A stretch of DNA of 64,000 nucleotides, from assembly GCF_009914755.1 (NCBI RefSeq), contig NC_060929.1. One strand, given 5' to 3'. The translations under genes and the position numbers were made by a program. The DNA comes from the human T2T-CHM13v2.0 reference genome, Homo sapiens. This document shows, in pieces, positions 28,504-43,443 of this stretch (its first letter is position 1; each line of letters starts with the position of its first letter). Below the pieces are notes generated by a model. The model was not told where the DNA came from and did no database searches. It saw only the letters and a list, made by a program, of their open reading frames with translations.

Positions 28504-29933
28504 ATTTTTTATTGTTATGGTTACTTGCTGAATTACGAGTGGAGATTCAATCAGGTAAATCTCTTATGTCATTCACTTCATTGATGAATTAATTTATACA
28601 TCCAATCATTTAATAACAAGTACTTACATAGTGCCTAGGAAATGCTTAGCACTGGTGTAACCACTTTACAAAGGCAATTTCCTCCCCTTCCATATGATTT
28701 TTAATCTCTTGGTATAAGTAATTACATGGGTTCTCCTAGACAAAGAAAGCTCATTTTGTTCATGTTGGTGATGGAAGGGATAGTAACTAGCTTTAAGCTA
28801 ATTAGCAAAAAGAACTCCAGAAAGGTAATGACAGAATCTACTATTAGTGAATCTATGACTCTGGGAGAAAATTTAATATTAAAATAAGGTCGTAACAGGA
28901 AAAAAAAAAAAAACAGGGAAGATTCAGTAACAAAGCATAAAAGTTAGCAGGCTTTGGCTCTCTGTGTTTTCTACATTTTCTATTTAAAGCCTTATTGAAC
29001 CAGATACCCTGGGCCTGTTATGCATCCTGAGACTGAAAGAGTTACTGCAGACATGTTGCGAATAAACCATCATGTTCAACCCTCATACCTTGTGCCCAAG
29101 CAAACCTGCTGTGGGACACCTATAACAGTGTGTAACATTGAGTGGAAGGAACATTTCCTCTTCTTATTTTGAAACAAATTTAGAATTGGCATGGCTCTAT
29201 TGTAACCAAGAGAATCATTAAGTAAGATAATGTTTTAAGAATCTAACACCTAAAGTGTGTCATAAATATACCAACCTGATTTATATTAAAAAGGAAATCT
29301 TGAAATTGATAGTGGAGATTTTGCATTGTCACAGGTCGGGGGGCTGGATAGGTAGAAAAATTCATATTCTAGTGAGAACCCTTCAAATTTGCAGAGGTCA
29401 TTGTTTTCTTTCAAGCAAGACCAAGAGGCCATGAAAGGTTAAATTCTACTTTCTGATGCCCCTAAAAGTAATATCCTGGCTTGGGGGTCTTATTATTCAA
29501 CCCCAGTTTTTGAAATAGTAATGGAAAAAATTGAAAGTAGTTTAACTGGTATTATCTTAGATAAAGTTACACTTCATAGCCTATTTTTGTATACCATTTA
29601 AAATCTTATACAAGATCATAAAAATTAGTTATATCATCACTCTATTAAAATCTTCACATCATAAAGGGCCATTATATCAATAAATCAAGTAAAACACTTC
29701 AATAGAATGTGAGAGGACAGAAATGTTGTTACTTGAAGATAAATCACTTGCATTGGAAAAACAAAAAAACTAAAATTGTGGAAGTCAATATATAGAGAAC
29801 CCATCCTATCCTCGTAAGTTAATTTTGAAAAACAAAACATAAAACATTATTTTTAAAATGGTACTGCTAGAATTCATTGGAAAAATAATGGCTGCATAGT
29901 CAATGTATATTTCGGTATATGTGCATATCTATA

Positions 29934-32295
29934 TAAGCATACCTCATTTTACTGCACTTTGCTTTATTGCTCTTTGCAGATATCGTGCTTTGTACAAATT
30001 GAAGTTTTGCATCAACCCTGCTTCAAGCAAGTCTATTGGCACCATTTTCCCAACAGCGTGTGTTCATTTTGTGTCACTGTGTCATATTTTGGTAATTCTC
30101 ATAACATTCCAAATTTTGCCATTATATCTATTGTGGTGATCTGTGATCTGTGATCACCACAATTGCTTTTGTTTTTGTAACCATTGTAATTGTTTTGGGG
30201 TGCCATGCACAAACTGAACCAATATAAAAGATGGGAACATTAATTGATAAACGTTATATGTGTTCTGACTGCTCCACCAACTGGCCATTCATCTCTCTCC
30301 TCCTCAGGCCTCTGTATTCTCTGAGACACAATATTAAAATTAGGTCAATTAATAACCCCACAATGGCCTTTAGATGCTAAAGTGAAAGGAAGAATTGCAC
30401 ATCTCTCGCTTTAAACCAAAAGCTATAAATAATTAAGCTTAGTGAGGAAGGCATGTTAAAGGCCAAGATAGGCCAAAAGCGAGGCATCTTGTACCTAACA
30501 GTCAAGTTTTGAATGCAAAGGTAAAGTTTTTGAAAGGCATTAAAAATGCCACACCAGTGAGTATGAGAATGATTAGAAAGCAAAACAGCCTCATTGCTGA
30601 GATGGAGTGAGCTTTAGTGGCCTGGTTAGAGGATCAAACCAGCCACAACATTTATTTTAGCCAAAACCAAATCCAAAGAAAGGCTCTAATTCTCTTTAGT
30701 TCTTTCAAGGGTGAGAGCAGTGAGGAAACTGCAGTAGAAAAGTTCACAGCTAGCAGAAGTTGGCTCATGAGGTTTCAGAAAAAAAGCCGTCTCCATAAAA
30801 CAAAATAGTGCAAGACGAAGCAGCAAGTGCTGATGGAGGAGCTGCAGCAAGTTATCCAGAATATCTAGCTAAGATCATTGATGAAGGTAGCTACACTGAA
30901 TAACAGATTTTCAATGTAGATAAAATAGCCTTCTATTGGAAGAAGATGCCATCTAGGATTTTCATAGCTTGAGAGAATAAGTCAATGCCTATCTTTAAAG
31001 CTTCAAAGGACAGGCTAACTCTTGTTAGGAGCAAATGAAGCTGGTGACTTCAAGTTGAAGCCAATGCCCATTGGTCATTCTGAAAATCCTAAGGCCCTTT
31101 AAAATTATGCTAAATCTGTTCTGTCTGTGTTGTATAAAGAACAGCTAACCCTGGATGACATCACACCTCTTTATAGCATGGTTTAATGTACACTTAAAAC
31201 CCGTTTTTCAGACCTACTGCTCAGAAAAAAAAGATTCCTTTCCAAATAGTATTGCTCTTTGGCAATGCACCTGGTCATCCAGGAGCTCTGCTGGAGTTGT
31301 ACAAGGAGATTAACGTTTTCATGCCTGCTAACACAACATCCATTCTGTAGCCCATGGATCAATGAGTGATTAAGACCTTCTAGTCTTATTATTTAAGAAA
31401 TACATTTTGGAAGGCTATAGCTACTATAGATAGTGATTACTCTGATACATCTGGGCAAAGTCAATTGAAAATTTTCTTTAAATGATTCATTGTTCTAGAT
31501 ACTACTAAGAACACTTGTAATTTGTGATTCATGGGAGGAGGTCAAAATATCAACATTAATAGGAATTTGGGAGAAGTTGATTCTAACCCTCAAGGATAAC
31601 TTTGCACGATTCAAGACTTCTGTGGAGGAAATAATTACAGGTGTGGTAGAAATAGCAAAAGAACTAGAATTATAAGTAGAGCCTGCGGATGTAGCTGAAT
31701 TGCTGCAAACTTATGATAAACCTTGAATAGACGAAGGGTTGCTTCTTAAGGAAGAGCAAAGAAAGTGGTTTCTTGAGATGGAATCTACACCTTGTAAAGT
31801 TGCTGTGAACATTGTTGAAATGCCAACAAATAATTTAGAATATTATATAAACTTAGTTCATAAAGCAGTGGCAGTCTTTAAGAAGATCGACTCCAATTTT
31901 GAAAGTTCTACTTTGGATAAAATGCTATCAAACAGCATCATATGCTACAGAGAAATCTTTTGTGAAAGAGTTAATCAATGCAGCAAACTTTATTGTTGTG
32001 TTATTTCAAGAAATTGCTAAAACTACCACCCTGATCAGTCAGCAGCCATCACACCAAAGCAACACCCTACACCAGCAAACAGATTAAGACTCCTCAAAGC
32101 CTCAGATGATCATTAGCACTTTTATCAATGAAGTATTTTAAAATTAAGGCTTTTTTTAGGCATAATGCTATTGCATATGTAATACACTACAGTATAGTAC
32201 AAATATAAGTTTTCTATGCCCTAGGAAACCAAAAAATTATGTAACTCACTTTATTGCAGTGGTCTGACACAATCCATCGTATCTTTGAGGCAGAG
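29934..32295 (+). mobile_element. Tigger1 DNA transposon, near full length, with dead pogo-like transposase
   Basis: Left TIR TA|TAAGCATACCTCATTTTACTGCAC. Transposase remnants (WLEDQTSHNI, FTASRSWLMRF, and IFNVDK..FYWKKMPSR on translation). Right end CTTTATTGCAGTGGTCTG...ATCTTTGAGG. Confidence 0.92.
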
Positions 32296-32819
32296 AGATA
32301 GTGTGAGGATTGTAGCTGGAGATATAGATATATGGATATCTCTGAGTTATAGGTCTTCAGGATGGTGACATCTGTAAGAACAGAGGTTACTTTGTAGAAA
32401 CAATACTTTAATACATATTCTCAAATAAATTATAATTTATTATGTGCTTTCATCACAACAAATGGACCTAAGTTTACATAAGTAAAAAGAATTCATTTGT
32501 TTTTTTCTATATATTTGGATATACAAACTTGAACACAACTTCTTCAGTTGTAAAATGAATATAAGAATTGCATTTTCTTTACCTCAAGTCCTAATGAGAC
32601 ATAATAGATAAGAATGCCTTTGGGAGTGGGGAAGTTTTAATGCAATATGAAGGAAAAATAAATTAACATGTGAAATTGTCTAAACTGACAAACATTAATA
32701 TATTATTAACCTTCTTACTACACCAATATATACCACAAGTGAGGTTATGATTTCTTCAAGTCTCTTACACATAAAGAGATGATAATAGTATCTATGTCAG
32801 CAATGGCCTTACTTGCTTA

Positions 32820-33250
32820 CAGATCCATTTTTTACCTTTCTGCTGCTCTGCTCTGTGTGGTGGGAAGGCTAACTTCTGTAAGCATCCGTCTAAGTTTGGC
32901 TCAAAGGACATACAGATGGAAACTGGAGATTGTGAGAAAGGGAGAAGGTAGGGGTAATTCACCTTCTTCTCTGGAAAGTGACTCCAGTTGCAGTCACATC
33001 CCCTCCATGACTTCAAATTCTACCAGTTTCCTGTCTGATTACAATGCCTCCTGGGTGACTTATCTCTGGACTTCATTAGCCTCACGTCCTACCCATGTTC
33101 CTGAAGGCTTGGGATAAGAGCAGCACCTGCTATTCATAATCTCTATGTTGCCTCACTCTGCTACAGTTGGTTTCTTGGCTCTAAGTGTAATCAATTCTTG
33201 CCTTTAATTTCCTCTGTTTGAAACACAGTGAGTACTAACACTAACTAATA
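32820..33250 (-). mobile_element. LTR33-like ERVL LTR relic
   Basis: Ends TGTAATCAATTCTTGCCTTTAATTTCCTCTGTTTGAAACAC...CTAACTAATA. Confidence 0.5.
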
Positions 33251-33261
33251 TGTTGAACACT

Positions 33262-33495
33262 AACATATTTATAATTTTTATAATATGAAATGCCAGATTT
33301 CCTTCAAGGTGCTTTGCCTTTACTAAAACAATTCATCTTCACAATAACTGTATTAGGAAGGTTAATAGTGTTAACCCAATTTATACATGAAGAAGCTAAT
33401 GTGCAGATTTTCTGGAAAATTGCCAATGTTTACACAGCTAGGAAGTGGTGTTGGCAAGATTTGAATACAGATAGCTTACATTCTTAACCATATGC
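33262..33495 (-). mobile_element. MIR
   Basis: Core CCCAATTTATACATGAAGAAGCTAATG...ACACAGCTAGGAAGTGG...GATTTGAATACAG. Confidence 0.7.
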
Positions 33496-34154
33496 TTACT
33501 TCTTCTCTACTCAGGCTGACCTCACTACTTATAAAAAGCTTGGCACCTATCAAACATTTGGTCAAAAACACACCACTGAGTGTCCAGAGTTCTATGCCAT
33601 GTGTAAAACTTGGGTCCCAGGCAAAGTGAAAGCATTTAAGGATTCAAGAAGTTTTAGCTGTTATTATTATTAATTTAAGTGCAACATTTGAGACCCAAAT
33701 TATGTCTGACTGAAAACAAAAACACCTATCACTTTTAAATTTTATAATTAAAATTTTAAATTTTCAATAAATAGTAAAATTAGAAAATAAGAACTCTAAT
33801 CACAATAATCACAACAAGAGAAATAACAGAGAATTGCCATGTTATTACTAAATTTAATCTTTCCAAATAAATGTTTTTGTCTACAATCTGTTACCATTTT
33901 TATAAAGAAAACATGTTGTAACACTACAGTTTGGACAGATATTAAGAGAAAGGTAGGTCTTGACATTTAAAAAGTGTATTACTGTTAAAAATTTACCAAA
34001 TTAATTTGTTTTTATTCCACAGCAGACTGATGAAACTGATCCATAGATACTATTCTTAGGAAATCATTTCTCTAAATAATAGATTGAAATAATCACAGCA
34101 ATTAAAAGCACTAAAACCCAGTAAGTAAAACATTTACAGTTGAGGTAGGGGTAA

Positions 34155-34690
34155 ATATTGTTGTTTATCAATCCAGAATCTCTTCCCTCCTTTCTTCACA
34201 GATTCTAATTTTGCACAGGAATTTTATTCATAGCATATCCACATGCCTTGACAGAAGATGGTTCATCTACAGTTACAAAGCTAAGTCCCGATGAGATGCT
34301 GCCACTTAGCAGTCCTAGTTGTCTTGATTCAGAGCTTTTAATGTTTAAGAAATGGGCTTTGGCCTGGTTCTGATCAATGAGACATGAAGGATAGTTACTG
34401 GGAGCTTCTGGGAAATAAGATCCCTGCTTTCTCAGAGAAGAATTTAAAAACTTGACTCTTTCTCTCTCTGAGGAAATGAATAAGAAAGGCTGAAGTCCAG
34501 GATTGTTCATGGCAATTCAGTGAAACCAGTAGCAGGGTAGAATGAGACAGTAGATGACAGGATAGACAGAAACAATGAGGGTGCAGATGAAGTCATTAAG
34601 TTATTGCATCAATTAGCCCTGAAACTCACCCTACATTTGGACTTCCTGTTATTTGATCCAATAAATGTCCCATTTGCATTTCCTGTTCCA
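34155..34690 (+). mobile_element. Old MaLR LTR (MLT1J-like)
   Basis: GGCCTGGTTCTGATCAATGAGACATGAAGG...GGGAGCTTCTGGGAAA...CCTACATTTGGACTTCCTGTTATTTGATCCAATAAAT. Confidence 0.6.
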
Positions 34691-34819
34691 TATAGCCTTT
34701 ACTTAGTGAAACAGTAAAAACAACTAACAGTAGATACTGCATTTTAAAAGTCTGAGTTCAAATCATATTTTTGTAAGGGTAGTTAATCTACTTGACACTT
34801 ACTGGCTATATATCCTGAA

Positions 34820-34976
34820 CAGGATTAGCTATATGACAGGTCCAGTACAAAGTAAAAATCAGAGGCCCTTCAAAAATTATTAAGTCTGCAGAAGCAGAGC
34901 ACCAATTAAAACATACGCCTCCTTGAGCATGGAACCCTGCACAAGAGCAGGCCTCATGCCCATGAAGCTAACCCTG
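34820..34976 (-). mobile_element. MER45A-like hAT MITE
   Basis: TIRs CAGGATTAGCT ... CATGAAGCTAACCCTG, with internal GGCCCTTCAAAAATTATTAAG. Confidence 0.7.
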
Positions 34977-35802
34977 GCCCTAAAGGAAGTTCCTTGACCT
35001 CTCTACTCATTAACTGGCAGCTTTAAAATAGTATCTGCATTAGTGATTTGTTGAGCCTTCTTCAAAGCATCATTTACATATTAGTATAGGTTATTTAGGA
35101 GCAACCATACTTAAATGTATATGTGTATGTGACTATATCTTTAGAGATTTACATTATTCTTTTTATTAGAGATGCATTTGTAAATTTCCCAATGTGTTTC
35201 TGAGCAATAATATAGTATATTTTCTTTTCCTTGGATAGAAATATTTCTTTTTTACATGGACATTTAGATGCTAAATGTAACAGCCACAGGAATGCAAGCG
35301 TCTCTCATGAAATGATCTATAGCAATAGATAAATGAATCTATATGAAAATGCAATAGTTCTAATTTGTTTTTCTACCTTCAGTCCCCCATCCACCCATTA
35401 AAAATTAGTGATCTTAAACTATTTTAAGTTACATATTTCTTTGAGAAAGTGAAAGCTAAAAAATTTTTCAAGAAAACCGTGTCTATGCCTGTGTGAAATA
35501 TTCTAAAATTTTACTTTCAATATGAAGCCCATCCATAGAACTCCTAGTTGGACTACAAATACAGGTAAAAAATTTCCAGTTTTCTGAAAGTAATCATTCT
35601 TAAACAGAAAGTTAATATCAACTTCTGGCTTGGAATCTTTCATTGGTTTGCAATTACCATATAGGATAAATTCAATTTGCTTAGCATTGTGTTAATGAGA
35701 AGTCACTTTATCCCTCACTGCTCTGCTCCTTTCTAGATTAAAACATCAGCAATATTGAGCTCATACGGTTTATCACTGTGCTTTTTTTTTTCTACCTCTA
35801 AA

Positions 35803-35981
35803 GCTGTGGTTCTCAGCCCTCTTTAATTAAGAATAACTTAGAGAAGTTTTCGGTTTTTGTTTTTTAATACTAAAGCCTGGGCAGCCAGCTATTTACTCAG
35901 GCTGGTGTAGAGTCCAAATGTTAGTATTCTTTTAAATATCCCAAGGTAATTAATTCTAAAGTGTTCTCTGGGCTGAGAAAT
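35803..35981. mobile_element. MER5A-like hAT-Charlie MITE
   Basis: GCTGTGGTTCTCAG ... CCCAAGGTAATTAATTCT ... GGGCTGAGAAAT. Confidence 0.6.
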
Positions 35982-36104
35982 ATGTGAGTTGTCAAGTAAA
36001 CTGATTTTTTTAATGCTCACTTTAAATGCTGTGGATCACATGTAGGCTGTAGTCACTGACAATCAGGTGAATTAGTAGAATTGTTCAAATAAAGGAGTAA
36101 ATCA

Positions 36105-36511
<407 letters not shown>

Positions 36512-39489
36512 TTAAGCACACCTTCTTCCTCCTAAACCCTTTCACCAACCCCTGCAACTTCACAGATAAACAAATGTTAAAATATGCATTAACTAGGAAA
36601 TATGTAGGTAGGGGGTGGATATTCACTTGATTGTATTGTGAAGTAAAATAAAATTATAAGTGATATTCTATCTTCCTGAAGTTACAAAAATATCAAGTAT
36701 AAAAATTTATGAATTAAGACAGTCAGAAAATGAGATTATAAGTCTGTACATGGCCAAAAAATGCCCTCACTCTACATGTTAAATGTTTTTAAAGATACAA
36801 GTAACTTATAACTACAGCAGGGATGGTTTGAGAATTAATTACGAGTTCCTTGCCAGGATAACACAAATGAAACAAAAAATCATTAATAAGGAACTTAACT
36901 GGATTCTGCTGACACATCGTGATATACATCTGATTGTTTCTCTGCATGTTTAATTCTTAACTTTTAACATTTAACTTTTAATGTTAAATAAACATTTGCT
37001 TTAGTTAGCAATATTCTTTGAGGGAAATGTGAAGTATTTTCTAATCCAAAGTGGTTTACATCTCATCATTTTCACACATTCATCTAAATCCATTTTATTT
37101 TTTAACAAGTCGAAGAAAAATAAACAAAAATGATAATTTTACATCAGGGTGTGCTGGAAAAAAAGAAAAGTGGAAATATTTGTACCAAGTCCTGTCTTAA
37201 TGAATAGTAAAATGAATGATAGCTGATAGAAAATTAGCGTTCTTCTAAAGAATTAGAAAATCGTTGACTCGAAGCTATAAGAAATCAAAGCAGATTCTCT
37301 GAATCAGTATGAACCTGGGAGGCATTATCAGGTGCCATTTCCCAGTGAACCTGCAGTAAAAAGACATAAGGCTTGCACCTGTCACCACTATATTGAGATT
37401 ACTTACTCTGCCTGGTGTGAGATTTAAGCCTGGTGCTGAATGCTGTTTCACACCAGACGATCTGAATATGTCGCCTAGAAAAAGAATACGAAGTTTCCAC
37501 TGTTATTTGTCAAGGATTTTGGTTTCTGTATTTCGGTACCAGAAATATTTTTTTACATGGAACTCTGATACATTGCCATGTACATAGATGTTTTACACAA
37601 ATTACAGGCCCCTTTGATCCATTAAGATATGGCTGCGTAAGACATTCATTTTCTTGAAGAAATTTTAGGCTTCTAAAAGGAATTTAGTAACAGGATCCTA
37701 CTTGGGACCTCACACCACCAGAGCTGTCAGGCTCTTCCTTCTCTAAGACTGGAATACATGTAATAACAAAATGACTTAATAGCGGAAGAACACATTACCT
37801 TATAAAAGATAATTTTAACTATTTCAAACCTGGAGAACTCATGTTAGCTCTCAATAATTGCTGTTGTAATTCTAGCTACTTTCGTTTCTTCAAGAGACAT
37901 TCTTTGCCTGCCCCTTCTCCCTAGTACAGGAGATGAGGTAATTCCATGTATTAGCTGCTATCGTTAGATAATTATGGCCACCACACAAACCATAATGGGT
38001 ATCAGATCCAATACCTAGGTAGATGAAGGAAATGACGTAAATACCCATGTTCATAAATGCCCTTGTGTTTGGGAGAAGGATGAATAAAAGACTAAATTAT
38101 AATACTATCTAAAGATATCAGAACCCTTATGGCTCTCTCCCTCTGCTGTCACTGGCCAGAGAGTAAACAATGACCAGAAGAGGATAGGGTTATACAGAGA
38201 GTTGGCCCATGTTGGTGATCTTACTCAAGAAGTCTAATTTAAAAAACAACATAATCAGTCACATATGAGGAACTATGTTTATAGTCAGATCTACTCAAGT
38301 GCACATGCTTTCACTTTTTCAAAAAGGAAACCCTCAAGTGAGAATTATGGACCAGAGACACATGGATTTTTCCATTACTGGAAAAGTTATTACTATGATT
38401 TCTTCTACTATTAATCCAATTCCTCTCTAATGATGTAAAAATTATTAGATACTGGGGAATCTAAGACTCATTGTAAAGAAAATTGTCAAACACACAGCCA
38501 AAAATAGTTATGGTAAGTTGCATTTCCCAACACAAGGCAGACAAAATAACATCTTTAACACAACATCTCCGATAAAAAGATTCAAAAGTGAAATGTGCAT
38601 ACGTAGCCTAGTTATGGTGCTTAAATTTGGAAAAAAAACAAACTGTGATGCTCATTGATTGATTCATTTATTCATTCATTTATTTATTCAACATGCTTCA
38701 TATTATTTGCTTCCAGAATTGATCACATGGCATCTTTACCATAGTGGCATTGAAAGAAGGAGCACCCTAGGAGTTTATTAAAAGATGCTAACTTTATTTG
38801 GTTTTACTCTTCTGCTGTTGGTTCCCTGAAGATGACACTCCTTAAAATGATCTCCTAATGTATTTGTTGATTTCAGAGCAGGTCTGGCTTCTCTAATGGA
38901 TTAGCTCCCCCCTCACCCAGGTCCTTTCTATACCCTTTGTAAGGAAACGCCAGCCAGCTGGAACAGCAGGGCAACAAGTACAGCTGGGAATTTCTAGCCC
39001 ACAGGTGTCCATTCTCGCATTTGATAGCTTGCCAATATCAAAGCTGGATTTGTTGAGGGGATCCCCACAGTTGTTTCACAGAAAGAAAATTATCCACTGG
39101 CACTAATAGTAATAATCTCCTCCTCCATATCTGACTTAGTACTTGAGCTACAGCCACAGCCTTCTTTCCCCACCAGGATTGAACCAGTATCAAGTTCTCC
39201 ATCCTTTTCACAAGTGGGTGGCAGACTGTCAGGGCAGGAATTAGATGGGTACAGGTGGCACCACCTGCTTGAAATGCTTTTGAGTATTTTGTGTTTTATT
39301 ATTGCTGCACACCATTGCACCAGTCTTTCTTTTCTTGCCAATAACCATGGTACCATTTGTTTGAGCTTAAAGTCTGTTTCAAATTCTAATTTTTGATAAA
39401 AACAGAACATGAAAGGGATTTATTTTCCTAGAAAAAGTAATTACTTTGTTATTAAATTTGAAATGTAATTTACAGGTAGACTTAAAGGA

Positions 39490-39810
39490 CTTACTAACGT
39501 GTCGAACAAAGGATGTGAGAAAAAATAAAAATCAAGGATGCCTCTTTGGAGATGGTGAAGATGGAAGAGGAGCAGTTTAAAATGGAAATCAGGAATTTAA
39601 TTTTGGATATATTAATTTAGGGATAGCCATTAGATATCCAACTGGAAAAGTTGAGTTGGTGATAATTGTATATGTTTATATATAGGCATGCATTATGATT
39701 ATTAATATATGATCATCTCTTATATATGAAAATTCAGAATTGAGGCCCAGTGGAGATATACATGTATGATTTGTCATCATGTGTAGATGATATATAAACT
39801 CACTGGACAT
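39490..39810 (-). mobile_element. L2 fragment
   Basis: AAATCAGGAATTTAATTTTGGATATATTAATTT...ATTAGATATCCAACTGGA. Confidence 0.6.
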
Positions 39811-39973
39811 TGTTGTTGTGGAACCTCAAGTTCTTAGAGCTCATTATTTTCCATTTTTGAACCTGACGCTAACGTGTTGTTTATATACTTTCATGTATGT
39901 ATTCACTCAGGTATGTAAGAATGTTTGTGAGCTCATCTTTAAGGGGGCTTTAAAAAAAGTGTGTCTCAAACTT

Positions 39974-40328
39974 TATTTTTTTGGTTTTTTTAATTTTTTA
40001 TTTCAATAGCTTTTTGGGGAACAGGTGGTGTTTTGTTACACGAATAAGTTCTTTAGCTGTGATTTCTGAGATTTTGGTGCACGCATCACCTGAGCAATGT
40101 ATACTGTACCCAATGTGCAGTCTTTTATCCCTCACCACCCCCCACACCCTTTTCCCTGAGTCCCCAAAGTCTATAGTTTCATTCTTACGCCTTTACATTC
40201 TCATAGCTCAACTCCCACTTATTTTGAGAACACATGATGTTTGATTTTCTATTTATGAGTTACTTCACCTAGAATAATAGTCTCTAATTCCATCCAGTTT
40301 GATGTAAATGCTGTTATTTCATTCCTTT
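39974..40328 (-). mobile_element. L1PB (PB1-like) 3' end
   Basis: TTTCAATAGCTTTTTGGGGAACAGGTGGTGTTTTGTTACA...CTGAGATTTTGGTGCAC. Confidence 0.85.
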
Positions 40329-41363
40329 AAAAGTATATGTTTTTAAGAAATATGTGTGAGTGCTTTCTAGAATGGCTTTGCCTTTGTTTCTGCCAAGTAC
40401 CCCATGGCATCATCAGCTAAAGATCAATTTTTTGTTGTTAATTTTTCATCCGGGGTTGTTAGACCAAGCAAGAAGTATAAATTTAAATCATAAACCTATG
40501 GCAAGTATAGGCCTAGACATTTAATTGTCTAATTTATGATGCAAGAAAACAGAACTTTTACCATGGTTCCTGGAAACATAGTCCTTAGGCCCCAAGTTTA
40601 GGCAAGCATCTCAGTTTAAATTCCTTACTTCACCTGATCTTAAGGCCTTGTTCCTTTTTTATTTAGTCTTTAAGCTTAAAACTATGGAATAATGGAGGAC
40701 AATAACCTTCAACTCCCTAAGAGCTATCTTAGTGCTAGGTCAGGGCTTTCCATGTGGTTTCTCACACTTTCCCCCTTGCTGATACTCTTCTGTATTTTAT
40801 TATGTGTTACATTTTGTGATTTATATTTGTATTACATTTATCACAGTTTTATTATATCTATTCAATAACTCTTCAACAGGATATATTTCAAGAAGTATTA
40901 GTGTTCTGTTCTGCTTTAACTGGGAGTGTTTCTCCAGTTTCTACTCCCTTTTATCAGGTTAATTCAAATATTTTGTCAACATGTATTTAGTTTTTAAGTT
41001 TTTATTCCTTTCCTCAAGAATATTTTAAGCATGTTATTTTTTCCGGGTCTGGATTTTTTGGGTAAACGTTTTGGGGTCTACCTTTTCTTTTATCATTTTT
41101 CCTCCGGAGTTAAAGAGCATAGTTTAACTCTCCTTTAATCTATATATTTCTTGAGCGCAGCCACATTGTGACAGCTGTGTCAGCACCAAGCTAGAAGTAC
41201 ACCAGTTAACAAGATGACTGAATCTTGCTCTGATAGACCTCTTAGTCCACTGCTTCTCTCTTTTAGATCTTCAGGCCTATTGTCTTTTCATTTTCTTTGT
41301 TTACACTGAGGTTAAAAAAAAAACATATAACATTAAATCTACCATCTTAAAAATTTTTGAGTG

Positions 41364-41529
41364 GGCTGGGCATGGTGGCTTACATCTGCAATCTCAGCAC
41401 TTTTGGAGGCCAAGATGGGAGGACCGCTTTAGCCCAGGAGGTCAAGGCTGCAGTGGGCTGGGTTCACACCACTGCACTCCAGCCTGGGCAACAGAGGGAA
41501 ATCTTGTCTCAAAAAAAAAAAAAAAAAAA
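41364..41529 (+). mobile_element. Alu monomer (FRAM-like or AluJ left/right hybrid)
   Basis: Left-arm start (CAGCACTTTTGGAGGCCAAG) joined to a J-type right-arm end (GGAGGTCAAGGCTGCAGTG...GCAACAGAG...TCTC) and poly-A. Confidence 0.8.
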
Positions 41530-41533
41530 TCAA

Positions 41534-41842
<309 letters not shown>

Positions 41843-43074
41843 TTACAGTATTGTTAACTATAAGCAAAATGTTGTACAGTGGACCTCTAAAATTTTTCTT
41901 CTTTCATGACTGAAGCTTTATACCCATTGAACAACAACGTGCCATTTCTTTCTATCCCCAGAATCTAGCGACCATCATACTAGTTTCTGTTTCTGTGAGT
42001 TTGACTATTATAGACAACTCATGAATGGAACCAGACGGTCTTTGTCCTTCTGTGACTGGTTTATATTCCACTTAGTGTAATGTCCTTGAGGTTCATCCAT
42101 GTTGCAGCATACAAAAGAATTTCCTTCTTTTTTATAGCTGAATAATAGTCTGTTGGATGTATATACTATATGTTCTTTATCCATTCTTTGATGGATATTT
42201 AGAATGTTTCTATTTCTTGCCTATTGTCGATAATAGTGTAGTTAAATATCTGAGATCTTGATTTGAATTTTTTGAAAAATACTCAGAAACAGAATTGCTG
42301 GGTCATATTGTGGTTCTTTTTTAATATTTTAAAGAACTTCCATATGGTTTTCCATAGAGGCTGTGCCATTTAACTTCCAACACTTGCTATTTTCTGTTTT
42401 GTTTTGATTTATTTTGTTTTTGCCATCCTAACAGTTGTAAATGATACATTATTGTGGTTTTTATTTGCATTTCCCTGGTGATTAGTGATGCTGAACACCT
42501 TTTAATATACCGGTTGGCCACGTATATGGTTTTTTTGGAGAAATGTCTATTCAAATCTGTTGCTCATTTTTTAATCTGGTTGTGCCTTTTGCTGTAGAGT
42601 TGTAGGAGTTCCTTATATACTTTGGGTATTAATCTCTTATCAGATATATGGTTTGGAGATATTTTCTGCCATTCCATAGGTTGCCATTCACTCTGTTGAT
42701 TATTTGCTTTTCTATGCAAAATCTTTTTAACTTTGATGTAGTACCATGATCTATTTTTGCTTTGGTGCTTTGATTGCCTGTGATTTTGGTGTCATATCCA
42801 AGAAATAACTACTGAGACTAATGTTATAAAGTTTTCTCCTATGATTTCTTGAAGTTTTATGGTTTCACATCTTAGGTTTACGTTTTTAATATATCTTGAG
42901 TTGATTTTTGTGTATGATGTAAAATAAGTGTTCAATTTTATCCTTTAGCATGTTAATATCCAGTTTTCCTACCACCATTTGTTGATTAGACTATCCTTTC
43001 CTCATTATGACATCTTGGCATTCTTGTTAAATGTCAGTGACTGTATGTGCATGGGTTTATTACTGGGCTCTCTA

Positions 43075-43443
43075 GACAAACCAAAATGATGGGATGTTAC
43101 CTCCAATGTTAGATTACAAAGATCATGGCTTTCATTGTGTCAAGTTCTCTCTCTCTCTCCATTTATTTGATGTAATAAAACATGTGAATGGCTGCTTCCT
43201 TATGGACAGATTCACGTGGCACGGAACTGATGGTGGCCTCTGCCAAATAGCCAGGGGAAACCTGAGGTCCCCAATCAACCTGCAAGGAATTGAATCTGGC
43301 CAGCAACCATGTCTATGAGATTGGAAGTGAATCTTCCTCCAGTCTCGAGATGACTGCAGCCATGACTGGAGCCTTATGAGATACTGTCAGCGAGAACTCA
43401 GCTAAGCCACACACAGATTCCTGACCCACAGAAACTGAGAAAT
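43075..43443 (+). mobile_element. MaLR LTR fragment (MLT1E/F-like)
   Basis: CACGTGGCACGGAACTGATGGTGGCCTCTG...GAGATGACTGCAGCC...CAGCTAAGCCACACACAGATTCCTGACCCACAGAAACTG. Confidence 0.8.
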
